A stretch of 62,726 nt of DNA, counting the filler, from Vannella sp. (Eukaryota): the NCBI GenBank assembly GCA_023345925.1. It is 6 parts of 6 records of this genome, joined end to end, with 100 filler letters (N's around TTAATTAATTAA, not from the genome) between each part and the next. Parts side by side here need not be neighbours in the genome. Positions count along the whole stretch, not along the records: positions 12,538 to 17,840 come from JAJQQN010000355.1; positions 17,941 to 30,171 come from JAJQQN010000190.1; 4 more parts are not named here. One strand, given 5' to 3'. The position numbers were made by a program, and so were the translations under genes. Numbering within the stretch: the stretch's first letter is position 1; each line of letters starts with the position of its first letter. Of this stretch, positions 12,553-23,028 are shown in pieces. The notes below the pieces were generated by a model, which saw only the letters and a program-made list of their open reading frames with translations, did not search any database and was not told where the DNA came from.

Positions 12553-14871
12553 TCATTGAATTGTATTTTGTGTATCAGCGAGCCTGAAACAGTTAGACTT
12601 CATCCAAGGAGTGAGAAGGAACTTTTGATACAAATGTTGGAGCCGGACTTCAGCCTCTGCCGCGCTGGAATCCACAAATTCGTGACAAAAAGAAGCAAGA
12701 GTGTCTTGTAGGAACTTGCTGAGGATGGTTGGGTTGTCCAAACAGAACTCCTGGTAAAGAGCGAGGCTCATTTGGACAATTTGACTGCTGAGTTTGTTAG
12801 GCCCTGTAAAAGAGCTCTGAAGCTCATAGAAGCGCTTGAGGAATGAAAGATCTAAAAGAGGAAGGGTGCCTTCTTGGGCATTGTGTTCTTTCAACGTCTC
12901 TTCCAGATAGTCTATCTTCGTTCGCTTAATGAATGTTGCGAATTGGGCTTCCACTGTGGGATGGGAAACAGCTTGCTGGAGCTCTTCAAAAGGATGTCGA
13001 GTTGAATTCTGAGCTCTCACAGAAACACAAGAGGTGTGGTCCATCTTCCCTGGATAAGCAGAGTAATCCCTACAGAACCAATGAGTCACTCTACATCCCA
13101 GTAGATACACTGAAAAGAGCTTACTGTGGTTGACGCGCTCCCAGAGTGCTTTCCATAAAGTCTCGACTCGGCTTGGTGGTGTGAATGGAGAGTTGAATGA
13201 GAGTCGTGGTGATTAAGTGAGGTGTGATGGGTTTTTTGGTTGAGTTGATAGTGCCACTGAGAAGATCAATAAGGTAGGTTGACTTGACTTCGTTCGTCTT
13301 CTCCGGAAAGCTCTTTTCTGCCTCGGCCCAAGTTTCTGCATTGAGTCCAAACACTATTGGGGAAAGTCCCCTGAGCTGGGGATCCAGATTATCATGAACT
13401 CCATCTGACACTGTGACAACGATATCTCCTTCATCAAGAAGAGTGTAGTAGGACATGAGATTCCGCAAATCAGGATTCAGTCCCTCCGCATCTGCAGGAC
13501 CAAGACGTCCTCCACAGTCTCTGGCATCAGTAAGATTCATACGATTGCCAACTGTCACTTCAAAAAACTTCTTCTCCTTCACTGAGTACCGGAAGGCCTT
13601 GCAATCGCCGACGCTCACACAAACAAATACAAACTCTTTGCCTTCTACTGGCTCGTCCAACTCCACAATCACACCAGCTAGGACTGTAGTAGTCCCTGCT
13701 TCATAGCACTCCTCTTTGGTAGCGAGGATCTTCCCGTGCGCTCTCATTAGCGCCTTGAGAAGAGCGCAACCCACGTCTGAGGCCAACGTGCACTCCAACA
13801 GGCGGCCAGAAAGGAACGAAACTATCTCACTACATGCAAGAATAGCCGCTTCCCGTGGCTTGTTGCCCCAGTTGCACCCGTCAGCGAGAGTTATGATCGA
13901 GTACTTCTCATAGACCTGACGCTTGGTCAGCTGGAAAGCCGGTGTTGACCTCGAGAGGACTTACTTGAGCAGAGAATCGATCGCAGATGGGATCTCCAGA
14001 TCTTCCAAAGTCAGGGATGACAGGATACGTGGACACTGTCCATGCGGAGGCGGTCTCCCCAAAGCAATCTTCTTCCTCCTCTGCGCTTGGCCCAAAGAGT
14101 GTCCCACAGGGCCTTTCGTTCTTTCTAAACGCTTTTGCTATCGAGAGAGCGGGGATTCGCTATGTCAGGAAGGTAAGATTACGAACGTTGACATCCGCTC
14201 GCTGATGTTCGCACCTCTTGGAGTATTCGCACGGCAGAAGTGTCTCTGTTCATCTCGTGATCTATATCACCACTTTTAGCCTTCCAAGTGGGAGCCAAAA
14301 CGTCAGTACAGGGCGATCCAGGGGTTGGCGAAGGCTTACTTTGCTGCTCTTTTTCAGGTGGCTTCCTGAGACTCCTTCAACATCACTAACTGGAGAACGC
14401 ATGCAAGAGACGTCGAGAGCTAGATTGGCTGCGCGGTTCTCCAAGAAAAGATGGAGGTTGAGCATGCTATCGCTGCGTTCTTCAAGATGACTGAGAAGTT
14501 TGGGCTTCCGCTTCGAGGGGCTGTCCCCAATGGTTCCTAGTCCCTTCCATAGACCTCTCCTCTTCTTTTTCTTCTTGTCATCACCAGAGTCAATGCTCAC
14601 TGGCTCCGGTAGCCCGCTGGTGGTACCTCCGCGTGGGCTCTCCGGCTCAGAGCCATGTGAACTGGCGTCCTCTGCCATGCTACTCTACAGGGAGCTTGTT
14701 AGTGGCAACTTGATTGTATGGGATGAGTCAACGAACCTCCAAAGCGTCTAACAACTCCATGATCTGCTCGCGTTTCTTTCCCTTCAAGTGGAGACTGATG
14801 ATAAGCTCTCGTAGATCAGTGAGGTGTTGCTGAACTGTTGGCAAGCGCCGCTCACTGTCACTCCTCCTCAT
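12553..14871 (-). CDS. PP2C-like domain protein (CG9801-type) with possible C-terminal RGS-like domain (multi-exon)
   Basis: Motifs TLADGCNWGNKPREAA, GTTTVL, VSVGDCKAF, DARDCGGRLG, VSDGVHDNLDP and YPGKMDHTSCV. The upstream exon starts MRRSDSER at 14871. Confidence 0.75.
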
Positions 14872-14966
14872 GCGTCGGCCTTGCGAAAATGACAACGGAC
14901 CGACCGATTGCTAAAAATAGAATTAATCGTGTCCAGAAATAGTTATGATCATTACTGTTTTTGAAG

Positions 14967-15420
14967 TCAAAGTTGCTGTTGTCTCAAAATCTCTTCTGGA
15001 AGCGTTCGCCCGATTTTTTGAAATGGAGGAATTGGGAGACCGGCTACACGCGGGTCGATTCTGAAGCTCTTGTCGGATGCCATTAGGGCGTGTTTTTCAG
15101 ACCTCTGCACAACGGGAGGACTGAACAAGCCTAAAGGATCATTCACCAACGAACTTGCCTTGTCTCTTGCTTCCATGATGACCCAGAGTCGTTCATGAAG
15201 GTTCTTCCACATTATGAGCCCTGTTGTGTGCAGACTTTCCTCAATTGCCGCGGTGAGGATTACGAGCTTGAGATGACTGATTCGTATTGTTGTTGATGAC
15301 CAAACGTACTTACCAGACGTTTGGGATAAGAAGGAAAGAGAGTTCCTTTGCACCCTGAGGGCCTTACTCAGAGACCTCTGTGAGAGCCAACACGTGAAAG
15401 AAGCTGTCTACGAACTAGTT
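14967..15420 (-). CDS. Hypothetical protein exon (5' structure unresolved)
   Basis: Open frame of about 150 codons preceded by intron-like sequence. No family recognised. Confidence 0.35.
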
Positions 15421-15587
15421 GGGGTTATAATGAGAGCAAGAAAGGACGGAAACAGTGAACCTTTAGGTAAAGGGCAGCAAATGCTCCCTGGCCATGACAA
15501 AGGCCTCCCTTTAGTGGTCATTTCTAAACACATTTCTCAGTTGCCTGCTCAGCTGCAATACTCAGCGATGAATATTCATTCATTATG

Positions 15588-16361
15588 CTAGAGAAGATTG
15601 CACGAGCATGTCGACTCCTCTTGTCGTTTTGGAGGTCTTCTGGCTGCCCCTTTGGGTAAGAGTGCGGCTGCTTCTGGAGCCCTCCCGGCTCCTGAGTATG
15701 GGTTGCGAGCTTGGTTTTGGGATGGGAAGGTGTCCAGAGAGGAGTTAATGGAACCCATGCTGGGAGGGAGAATGGGAGTTTGAGACCGCTGCATTTGGTC
15801 TGGCGGAGCCAAACCAAACTTCTTGTAGTATTTGCTCTCTGTCCTTGACATTTCTGTGGTCGAAAGAACGCTGGAGGTGTCTGAGTCACCATCATCAGAG
15901 TCAAATTCAAAGCGGGAGGCATCTTCTGTGCTCTCCCGCAAGTCAAAAGTAGAAACTGGCAGCTCTGAAACATCGGCAAGATTGGGAAGAGCACTGACGG
16001 GAGGTTCACTTTGTTCTACACTGGGAGACTGGGACGGTGCAGAGGCGCCAAGCGGGCCTGAATTGAGTTGTGATATCCATTTGTCCCTGTCATCCTTGGT
16101 AATGGAGTACACGTAATAGGTGCGGTTGTCCGTTATGATGACGAATCGGTATTGCCCCAATTCACCTCCTTCTTCCTCACGAGATTGCACGGTGTTCAGG
16201 GCTATGGCACCAAGTAAGGCGGTAGAGGATCCTTTTGGCTCTTCAGCTGAATAGTAGAGCATCTTAGGCTTCAGAATGAAGAATCTCCTCTTGTACTTTT
16301 GACCCACTCTGCTTCTCTTGTAAAGCCACCCAGAGTGGGTCCAGACCTCATCCTTAACCAT
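15588..16361 (-). CDS. PH domain protein with S/P-rich tail
   Basis: HSGWLYKRS...YKRRFFILKPKMLYY...LGAIAL...RTYYVYSITKDDRDKWISQL. Confidence 0.85.
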   Translation of the reverse strand: MVKDEVWTHSGWLYKRSRVGQKYKRRFFILKPKMLYYSAEEPKGSSTALLGAIALNTVQSREEEGGELGQYRFVIITDNRTYYVYSITKDDRDKWISQLNSGPLGASAPSQSPSVEQSEPPVSALPNLADVSELPVSTFDLRESTEDASRFEFDSDDGDSDTSSVLSTTEMSRTESKYYKKFGLAPPDQMQRSQTPILPPSMGSINSSLDTFPSQNQARNPYSGAGRAPEAAALLPKGAARRPPKRQEESTCSCNLL

Positions 16362-16368
16362 TATTGAG

Positions 16369-17840
16369 TCACCATCCCAGCAAGTCTGATGAATATACCT
16401 TTGAGATTTCCAGAGTCATTTGCGGCCTATCTCCCGTTATCTTTGCAAAAATCGCCTTGCTATTGAGACTTCTTGAGATCTTCAGCTGCGGGTCTTGGGA
16501 CTTTTCGATGGAAGGGAAAGGCGTCACATTATGAGCTGCAGTCTTAGCAGGTAAAGTGAGTCAAAGACCTCTATTTGACAAGGTTCCAACGAACCTGAAT
16601 AGCTTCAATCCACTGCGAAACAAATTTGGGTTCCGCAAGAGAATAAACTCGGCCAGGAACTTGCATTGCGAACTTGTCAGATCCAGTTCTCCTAACCAGG
16701 CTTAGAGGAACTGGAATCACTCCGTTAGGCACGGTATCCTCCTTCTTGGTGTAATAGAAGAGAAGAGGATGCGTGAGAATAAACCAACGCATCTTCTTTG
16801 TGGGATTAAGATCTCCTCCTTTCTTGATCCAGCCCATCTTCTCTGAGTGCTCGTAGGGCCATTTGGGAGCTGCCAAGGCCAAAGCGATCCCATCCGCATT
16901 CAGTAGCTTCATCAACTCGACCTGCGAAGGACCTGCACTCGCTTTGGTCACAGATTTGATAAGTCCTGTCAGAATGAGAATGCGAGCAAGATATAAATCT
17001 GCAGAGGGTTGCGGAGTGCTTTTGATAATTCTGGAAACCTCTTTGAGTGCTTCTGAGAACTCCCCTGAGTTATAGAGACGCTCAGGAGCACTTTGAGCTG
17101 CTTGGTAGGTTGTCTCTCGTTTGCGAGAAGGTTGCCCCACGGCACCAGATCCAGCAAAGATGGACCGAATGGCATCTAAGATCTTCGGATCCTGTTTTGA
17201 GAAGCGGAGGCCTTCGTTGTAGGCTTTCTTGGCCTCTTCTATCTGTCCAGCAGACTGATAGACTTGGCCGATCCGGTAGTAACCCTGGTTAAGGCCCCGT
17301 TAGGCATGGATGAACCAAGCGACATCAAACTCACATTGGAAGCGTTGGGATTGGAGTCTCGAATGCGAAGTGAGTCTTGCAGAGCCAACTTGAGGCTCTT
17401 GGTTGATATATAAGCCTGTACACGCGCTTCTAACAGTACTATGCTTTCTGGAAACAGCTGGAGTGCTTCAGAAAGGAGAGGGATAGCTTCCGCGTACGAC
17501 TGCTGAGTGAGAAGCTCCAAGCCACGATACACTGGTGTCCAGCTGGGAGTGTATTTGAATTGAGCTTCCACTTGTAAAGCTCCTGTCACGCTGACACAGT
17601 CCCGAGAGTAGAGAGTAAGAAGGGGGCGATGGGGTTGCTGGTCACTGAGTCCCAGAAGCGGAAGAGTGGCACGACCTATCATGCTTCCCGTCTCCTGATC
17701 GTGGACAATCAGCTCGACGACGTCCAAAGGCTCTTTGACATTGCTGAGAGCACAAATCATCAGAACCAGAGAGAAGAGGAAGATAAAGGCTCCTACAAAG
17801 AGAACAGATGATTCCATTCAGGTTGTTGAGTCCCAGAAAC
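16369..17840 (-). CDS. C2 + TPR + PH domain protein (multi-exon, 5'-truncated at contig edge)
   Basis: C2-like (ELIVHDQETGSMIGRATLPL), TPR-like (GLELLTQQSYAEAIPLLSEAL; YNSGEFSEALKE) and PH (KMGWIKKGG...RWFILTHPLLFYY...QWIEAIQ) segments. The 3' end is tentative. Confidence 0.65.
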
Positions 17841-17940
17841 NNNNNNNNNNNNNNNNNNNNNNNNNNNNNNNNNNNNNNNNNNNNTTAATTAATTAANNNN
17901 NNNNNNNNNNNNNNNNNNNNNNNNNNNNNNNNNNNNNNNN
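17841..17940. other. Artificial contig linker
   Basis: N44-TTAATTAATTAA-N44. Confidence 0.99.
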
Positions 17941-18405
17941 TTAAATTGGGTCCGACGAGGAGACCTCCCACTAGCTTGCCTTTTGAAGAGGCGGAGAGAT
18001 CTACGAACTGACTAGAGGTGAGATTCGTGGTGTAGATAACGACCACAATCAAAGAAGGACTAGCAGTTGGAGCCATCGTCTCACTGGAGCTTTGAGATGG
18101 AAGGCCAGAATTCGTTCGACCTTCATTGACCGTCTCCCTCGAAGAAGGGGATGGAGAGATTGGTCTGCTTCCGCTGATACCCGGAGAAGGAGTCTCCGAA
18201 CTCGCATCTCTTGAACTTTCAGGGACAGAAGGAGAGGCTATTGCCGTTTCTGAAGTGGAGTTCGAAGCACTTCTAGTGGCCGTCTCAGTACTCGTGTGGC
18301 TCCCACTGAAAGAAAACGAGTGAGATCCGCTCTGGCTTGCAGGAGGGGTCGCTGTTTCAGAGAGACTAGCACTCAGAGAGGCTGTACCTGATCTTGGAGA
18401 GACTC
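17941..18405 (-). pseudogene. Ser/Thr/Pro-rich mucin-like coding fragment, truncated at contig edge
   Basis: Open frame SGTASLSASLSETATPPASQ...SETMAPTASPSLIVVV, preceded by an in-frame stop and no clear start. Confidence 0.35.
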
Positions 18406-18630
18406 ACTCAGATGCACTGGGTCAAACTGAGAGATTCTGGGGATCCCAAGGACAAGATTCACAACTGCCAGATCTTCTGGTACAGCAGACGCAACCCAAA
18501 ACCCAGTACATCCACGGCTCCGTCAAGTATGTCAAGTCTATCTGCCCTTACAGCCTCATCTGTCGTACAACTCGTGGGAATCTGTTGGTCGGACCACCAG
18601 AGGTCTGCACAGGAACAGGAAGATGTTGGT

Positions 18631-19224
18631 TTACACGAGGAGGCAGCCGCCCTTCTTCTTGATGGGAGCGGGTTGGAGGACAGTGCGGACAGTGAGGACA
18701 GTGCGGACAGCTTCATTGAAGACAGCCTTCACGCCCTTCTGGGTCAGAGCAGAACACTCCAGGAACTTGGCAGCGTTGATTTCCATGGCCAGTTCGAGGC
18801 CTTGCAGATGTTGCACGGGGGCTTGCTTCTTCTCAGCCAGACGTTCAATGCTGGCTTTGTCCTCTCGCAAGTCCAACTTGGTTGCTACCACAAGGATGGG
18901 GACGTTGGGACAGTGGTGGTTGATTTCTGGGTACCACTTGGCCTTGACGTTCTCGAAGGAAGTGGGGGAGATGATGGAGAAGCACGCGAGGAAGACGTCC
19001 GTCTGATGGTAGGAGAGAGGACGAAAATGTTCGAAATCCTGTTGTCCAGCAGTGTCCAAGAGTTCAAGGTTAATGGGTTTGTTGTCCACCATTACATTGG
19101 CCGAGTAGTTATCAAAGAGAGTGGGAATGTAGTCACCAGGGAAGGCATTGGTGGTGTACGAAATCAACAAGCACGTCTTACCGACAGCTCCGTCACCGAC
19201 AACGACACACTTCATAGCTTGCAT
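18631..19224 (-). CDS. Rac-family (Rho) small GTPase, intronless, divergent switch II
   Basis: Motifs [40 protein letters not shown] and C-terminal CaaX (CLLV). Confidence 0.95.
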   Translation of the reverse strand: MQAMKCVVVGDGAVGKTCLLISYTTNAFPGDYIPTLFDNYSANVMVDNKPINLELLDTAGQQDFEHFRPLSYHQTDVFLACFSIISPTSFENVKAKWYPEINHHCPNVPILVVATKLDLREDKASIERLAEKKQAPVQHLQGLELAMEINAAKFLECSALTQKGVKAVFNEAVRTVLTVRTVLQPAPIKKKGGCLLV

Positions 19225-20077
19225 GACGAGAAGAGCAGCGAATGATGATTGCAACCCTCCATTATTTGTTCATTTTAACCCTAGGTGGCTCACAAGGGTC
19301 ATCACCGTTTCTGCGGACAAAATTCAGGTTTTGTGACCAACTTCCAAAAGTAAATAATTTCTGTCACAGACCTGGTTCGGATCATTTTTTCGGCCGATGG
19401 ACTGGCAGAGGAGCCGATGGCGGAGATGATGGAGAGTTCACACTGGTGAGGAGTATCCAGCCCAATGATGAGTACGCTGAGGAGGAAGAAGAACGACTGT
19501 AGAGATAAGCATCAAGAGGAAGGGGGGAGGCGCTGAGTTTGAACCATTGGAACCTCGTGCAGATGATGAGAACGAGATCGAGCTCAGTGCGGACGACGTA
19601 GACCGCATCAGCATATGATGAGCTCACACATGAGCCTCGAAGTGGAAGAAGAACCCCTGGAAGAGGGCAGCGAGGAATACGAAGAGAGAATCCTGCTGTC
19701 GTGGAGGGTCCTATGCCAAGACCCAAAAGCTAATACTACCGGATTAATCCTGAAGAGAGGAGGTCATCACTCGATACACAAACGCGAGTTTTAGAAACCT
19801 CTTCTTCCCTTCGCTCGTGGATTTTCTCCTGCTAAAGAAGGGAGCAAGGTCTCTTCGGTGAGAGCACCAGTTGCTTTAGGATCTGGAGCTTATGTTGACA
19901 AGTCTGGACTGTCGGATCGACTTGAGATCGATTATTAGAAAGAACAAGGAAAGTTGCAAGTCAAGCGCCACAGTTTGAGATCTGTTCAATGAATGAAGCT
20001 GGAAATCTGGTACCGACAAAGTTCGTGTGTCGAATGATCGACAGGCCCGGAGATCATTCCCAGCCGTCCCGTTCCGC

Positions 20078-20533
20078 ATGACCAGTTGGAACCCACTGAT
20101 CAACTCCATTGTAAAAGAGCCCTTCGACGGATCTAATCTCAACTTCCTCGTCCACGACTTGCACCTTAGAACAGACACTGGAAGCACCGCCCTCCACTTC
20201 GCGGCCTTGCAAGAAGATCCTCGCTTCGTTACGCTATTGCTACGAGCTGGAGCCCAAGTGAACCGAACCAACTATTATCGAGAGACAGCTCTTCACTGGG
20301 CAGTGAAAGAGGGCAACGAAGACGTCGTCCGACTTCTCCTCTCTGCTGGTGCTCAATTTGATCTCCCAGACATGGATAACGCCACGCCTCTGATGTGGGC
20401 CATCCAAGAAGACCAAGCCCACTTGCTTCCGCTGTTCCATTGGAGACCGCAGAAGTCTCAATCCCTCCCATCAAAGATGTCCCGTCTGCTCTCAAGAGCC
20501 TGGCGATTCTCTTTGCCTGAAAGGGCACACTAA
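20078..20533 (+). CDS. Small ankyrin repeat protein
   Basis: GSTALHFAA, RETALHWAV and NATPLMWAI repeats. Confidence 0.88.
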   Translation: MTSWNPLINSIVKEPFDGSNLNFLVHDLHLRTDTGSTALHFAALQEDPRFVTLLLRAGAQVNRTNYYRETALHWAVKEGNEDVVRLLLSAGAQFDLPDMDNATPLMWAIQEDQAHLLPLFHWRPQKSQSLPSKMSRLLSRAWRFSLPERAH

Positions 20534-20693
20534 CAATGAACTTGATCCAAAACCAGTCCAAAGCGGTCTCAAAGGAAGAGTGTCTGGCTTTCAGAACTCA
20601 CCAAAGTGATCTTCGATTTGCTCGTACTTTCTCTTCTGAAGCCTGCATGGAGTAATACAGTTATTACAGTCTCTTAAAAGGCGTTTAAGGAGT

Positions 20694-22483
20694 CTACAAA
20701 GAAAAGTCGAAAGGTTTGAAGGCGCTCTTAAAGTCCTGAGCAGCTTTCTCTTCTTTGGCTTTGCTCACTTCGCATTCTCTCCAGTTGGCCCGCGTTGGCT
20801 GGCCTAAGAACTCTGCTAAGACTTCTCGGCCCAGTTGGAGCGGGTGCCTGCGACTGTTACGAGGAACCACGTGCAGTAGCCTTCTTCCAACGGTGCCAGG
20901 AAGATCTACAAGGAAGTATTGATCGCCAGGCTCCACGTGCTGACTCAGCTGCTCGGACGAGTCCATCACTTTGAAGAAAACGTTATATCGGCTCCCTGCC
21001 ACATCCTCAAAGCTCTTTTGAAGGGCATCGGTCAACCCTTCTCCACGGGGAACGGGAACGCATTGGATGAGGTAATGAACCATTCCATACTGAGTGGTGA
21101 CGTTTCGTTCAAAGAAGACCATTTCTTTCTCTTGGGAGGCAGCGTGGCGTTGTAACGCATCCTTATAACGTGCAATCTCTTCCTGAGTGGCGGGTGTTAA
21201 GGCAGTTGGAGCAGTTACATGGTCCAGCGGGATGATTAGAACGTGACCATCAACCAGACCGCCCTTTGGGAGTGCCAAATAACACTCATCTCCGATACTG
21301 GTTATCAGATGCTCGGCCACTTTGTCGCTGTTGATGCAGAACCAGCAAGTGTCTATGACTTTGGGCTCACTCGGCCCCCTGCGACTGTGCTTACGACCAT
21401 CCCGAGGATTGTTGTCGCTCATGTCCCAACGGAACGAAGCGGTGTCGTCTGATAACGTCCCAAAGGCGCCGTACGCTGAGTGCACCTTCAATGTGGGTTG
21501 CTCCTCTGTTTTCTGTTGCTTGATACTCGAAGGAACCTGGTAAGGGCACTCTGTTGTGTGCGGGGTGACCTCAGCAAGCTGCTCAGGAGTCATCTCGAGC
21601 AAGGGCGTGATGTTACTGGCATACAGCCACTTCTGACCTTTGGTCTCGATGTCAGGAAGGGCCAAGAAGCGACAAGCAGGCGCAACTGTGCCCCCTCCAA
21701 CACGAGATTGGCGGAAGGGGACTCGTTGGAAGAAGTTCTGCTCTTCTTCCGCGATCGTTGCTGGGAATGGGCGTCGCCTTGATGAAGTAAAATGGTATCG
21801 TGGCGTGCACAAGTCACATATTCGCCGAACCTTGTCACTCCCGATCGAGGTGACGACTGCAAACTGTTCCACGGAGGGTTTGGAGTGGAGATCTGTCGGA
21901 TAGTCCGCTGCACTTCGTTCAAAGTGAGTCTTTTGGTGTTTCTATATCATGAGGGAGGCTTACTTGAGTTGGAAAAGGACCTTTGAGGGCCAAACACTGG
22001 TCACCAATACATCACAAGGCTCCGTCCGTTGTTTTAAGGTGTCAATGAGCGCAAGAAACTCTTTGTCTTCTTCTCTGATCCTCTTCTCTCCTATAGCCCC
22101 TTCTGACGCGACAGACTCGTCTTCCATGAAGAATGCAACCGACAAACTGCCGATCGTTGTCACTCCAGCACGCCCAAGCAAGTGAAGCTTGCTGACAGTA
22201 GTAGAGACCTCTGGCAAAGCTCCAAAAACATACGTGTCGATTGGCACTACGCCAGTGTAAGTCCCCACAGCTCAACCGCCCCAAAACCTTACACAACGTC
22301 TCCTCCGCACAACTCGAACCTGGCAAGCTCCCCACCACCAACAGAGCACCAAACGAACCAGCCTTATTCACCTTCGCCACGCGAGCCATCAAACGATCCG
22401 CATTCCCCCTTGAACTGGCCACCAACCTCGACCAAAGTCAGCCACCAAGAAGAGGACCTCCACCCAAACGCTTACAACTTCAT
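20694..22483 (-). CDS. CWF19L1: CWF19-like protein 1 (Drn1/CwfJ family), multi-exon
   Basis: N-terminal metallophosphoesterase-like region (VNKAGSFGALLVVG, CDVLVTSVWP, PRYHF) and CwfJ domain (CWFC, LALPKGGLVDGHVLIIP, FKPFDFSL). Confidence 0.92.
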
Positions 22484-22562
22484 GGCGCCAACAAATAAAT
22501 GAAAAATAGAAATATTTAAATTATGAGTGTTGGGGCCATTCTTGGTTGGCCTTCTGCGAGAG

Positions 22563-22802
22563 ATGTTCGGCTACGACATGATGTTCCGATACGCCTCTCC
22601 TGCGCACCGTGCGCTTGGTGCTGGTGTGGCTGCGGTAGCTCTTGGGTCGCTCTTTTACTACACTGAGGTCAACAGCCCTCCTCTGCCTGATGAGAGGGAC
22701 TTGGACGTGCCCATGTACATCTACTCTCCTGAAAACTATGAGGACCCCCGTGCCATCAACAAGAACCCCGTTGTTGTCCCTGGAAAACAGACCCACCACT
22801 AA
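22563..22802 (+). CDS. Small single-pass membrane protein (79 aa), unknown function
   Basis: Clean ORF with C-ending codon bias and a hydrophobic segment ALGAGVAAVALGSLFYY, followed by AATAAA near 22854. Confidence 0.6.
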   Translation: MFGYDMMFRYASPAHRALGAGVAAVALGSLFYYTEVNSPPLPDERDLDVPMYIYSPENYEDPRAINKNPVVVPGKQTHH

Positions 22803-23028
22803 TCACTCGGTTGATCGACAGTCCTTTCTTCAAATAGCGTTCTTACCTTCACCAATAAAGCCTTCAGCATGAGTCCTGCAGCTTGTCACCATCAACACTC
22901 AACAACACGCTCTCTCCAAGGCTCTCATCCTTCTTCCATCCCACCTCCCGCAAGTGCGCCTCTCGACCCCACTGAGAACCCTGGTGGAGGCGCAGCACGG
23001 TGTGTGCGAGAAGAGAGGACCTCCACGT

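Noticed and set aside
19380..19900. Acidic ORF fragments between Rac and the ankyrin gene, possible mobile element
   Set aside because: Multiple stops, and no terminal repeats or transposase/RT motifs seen.
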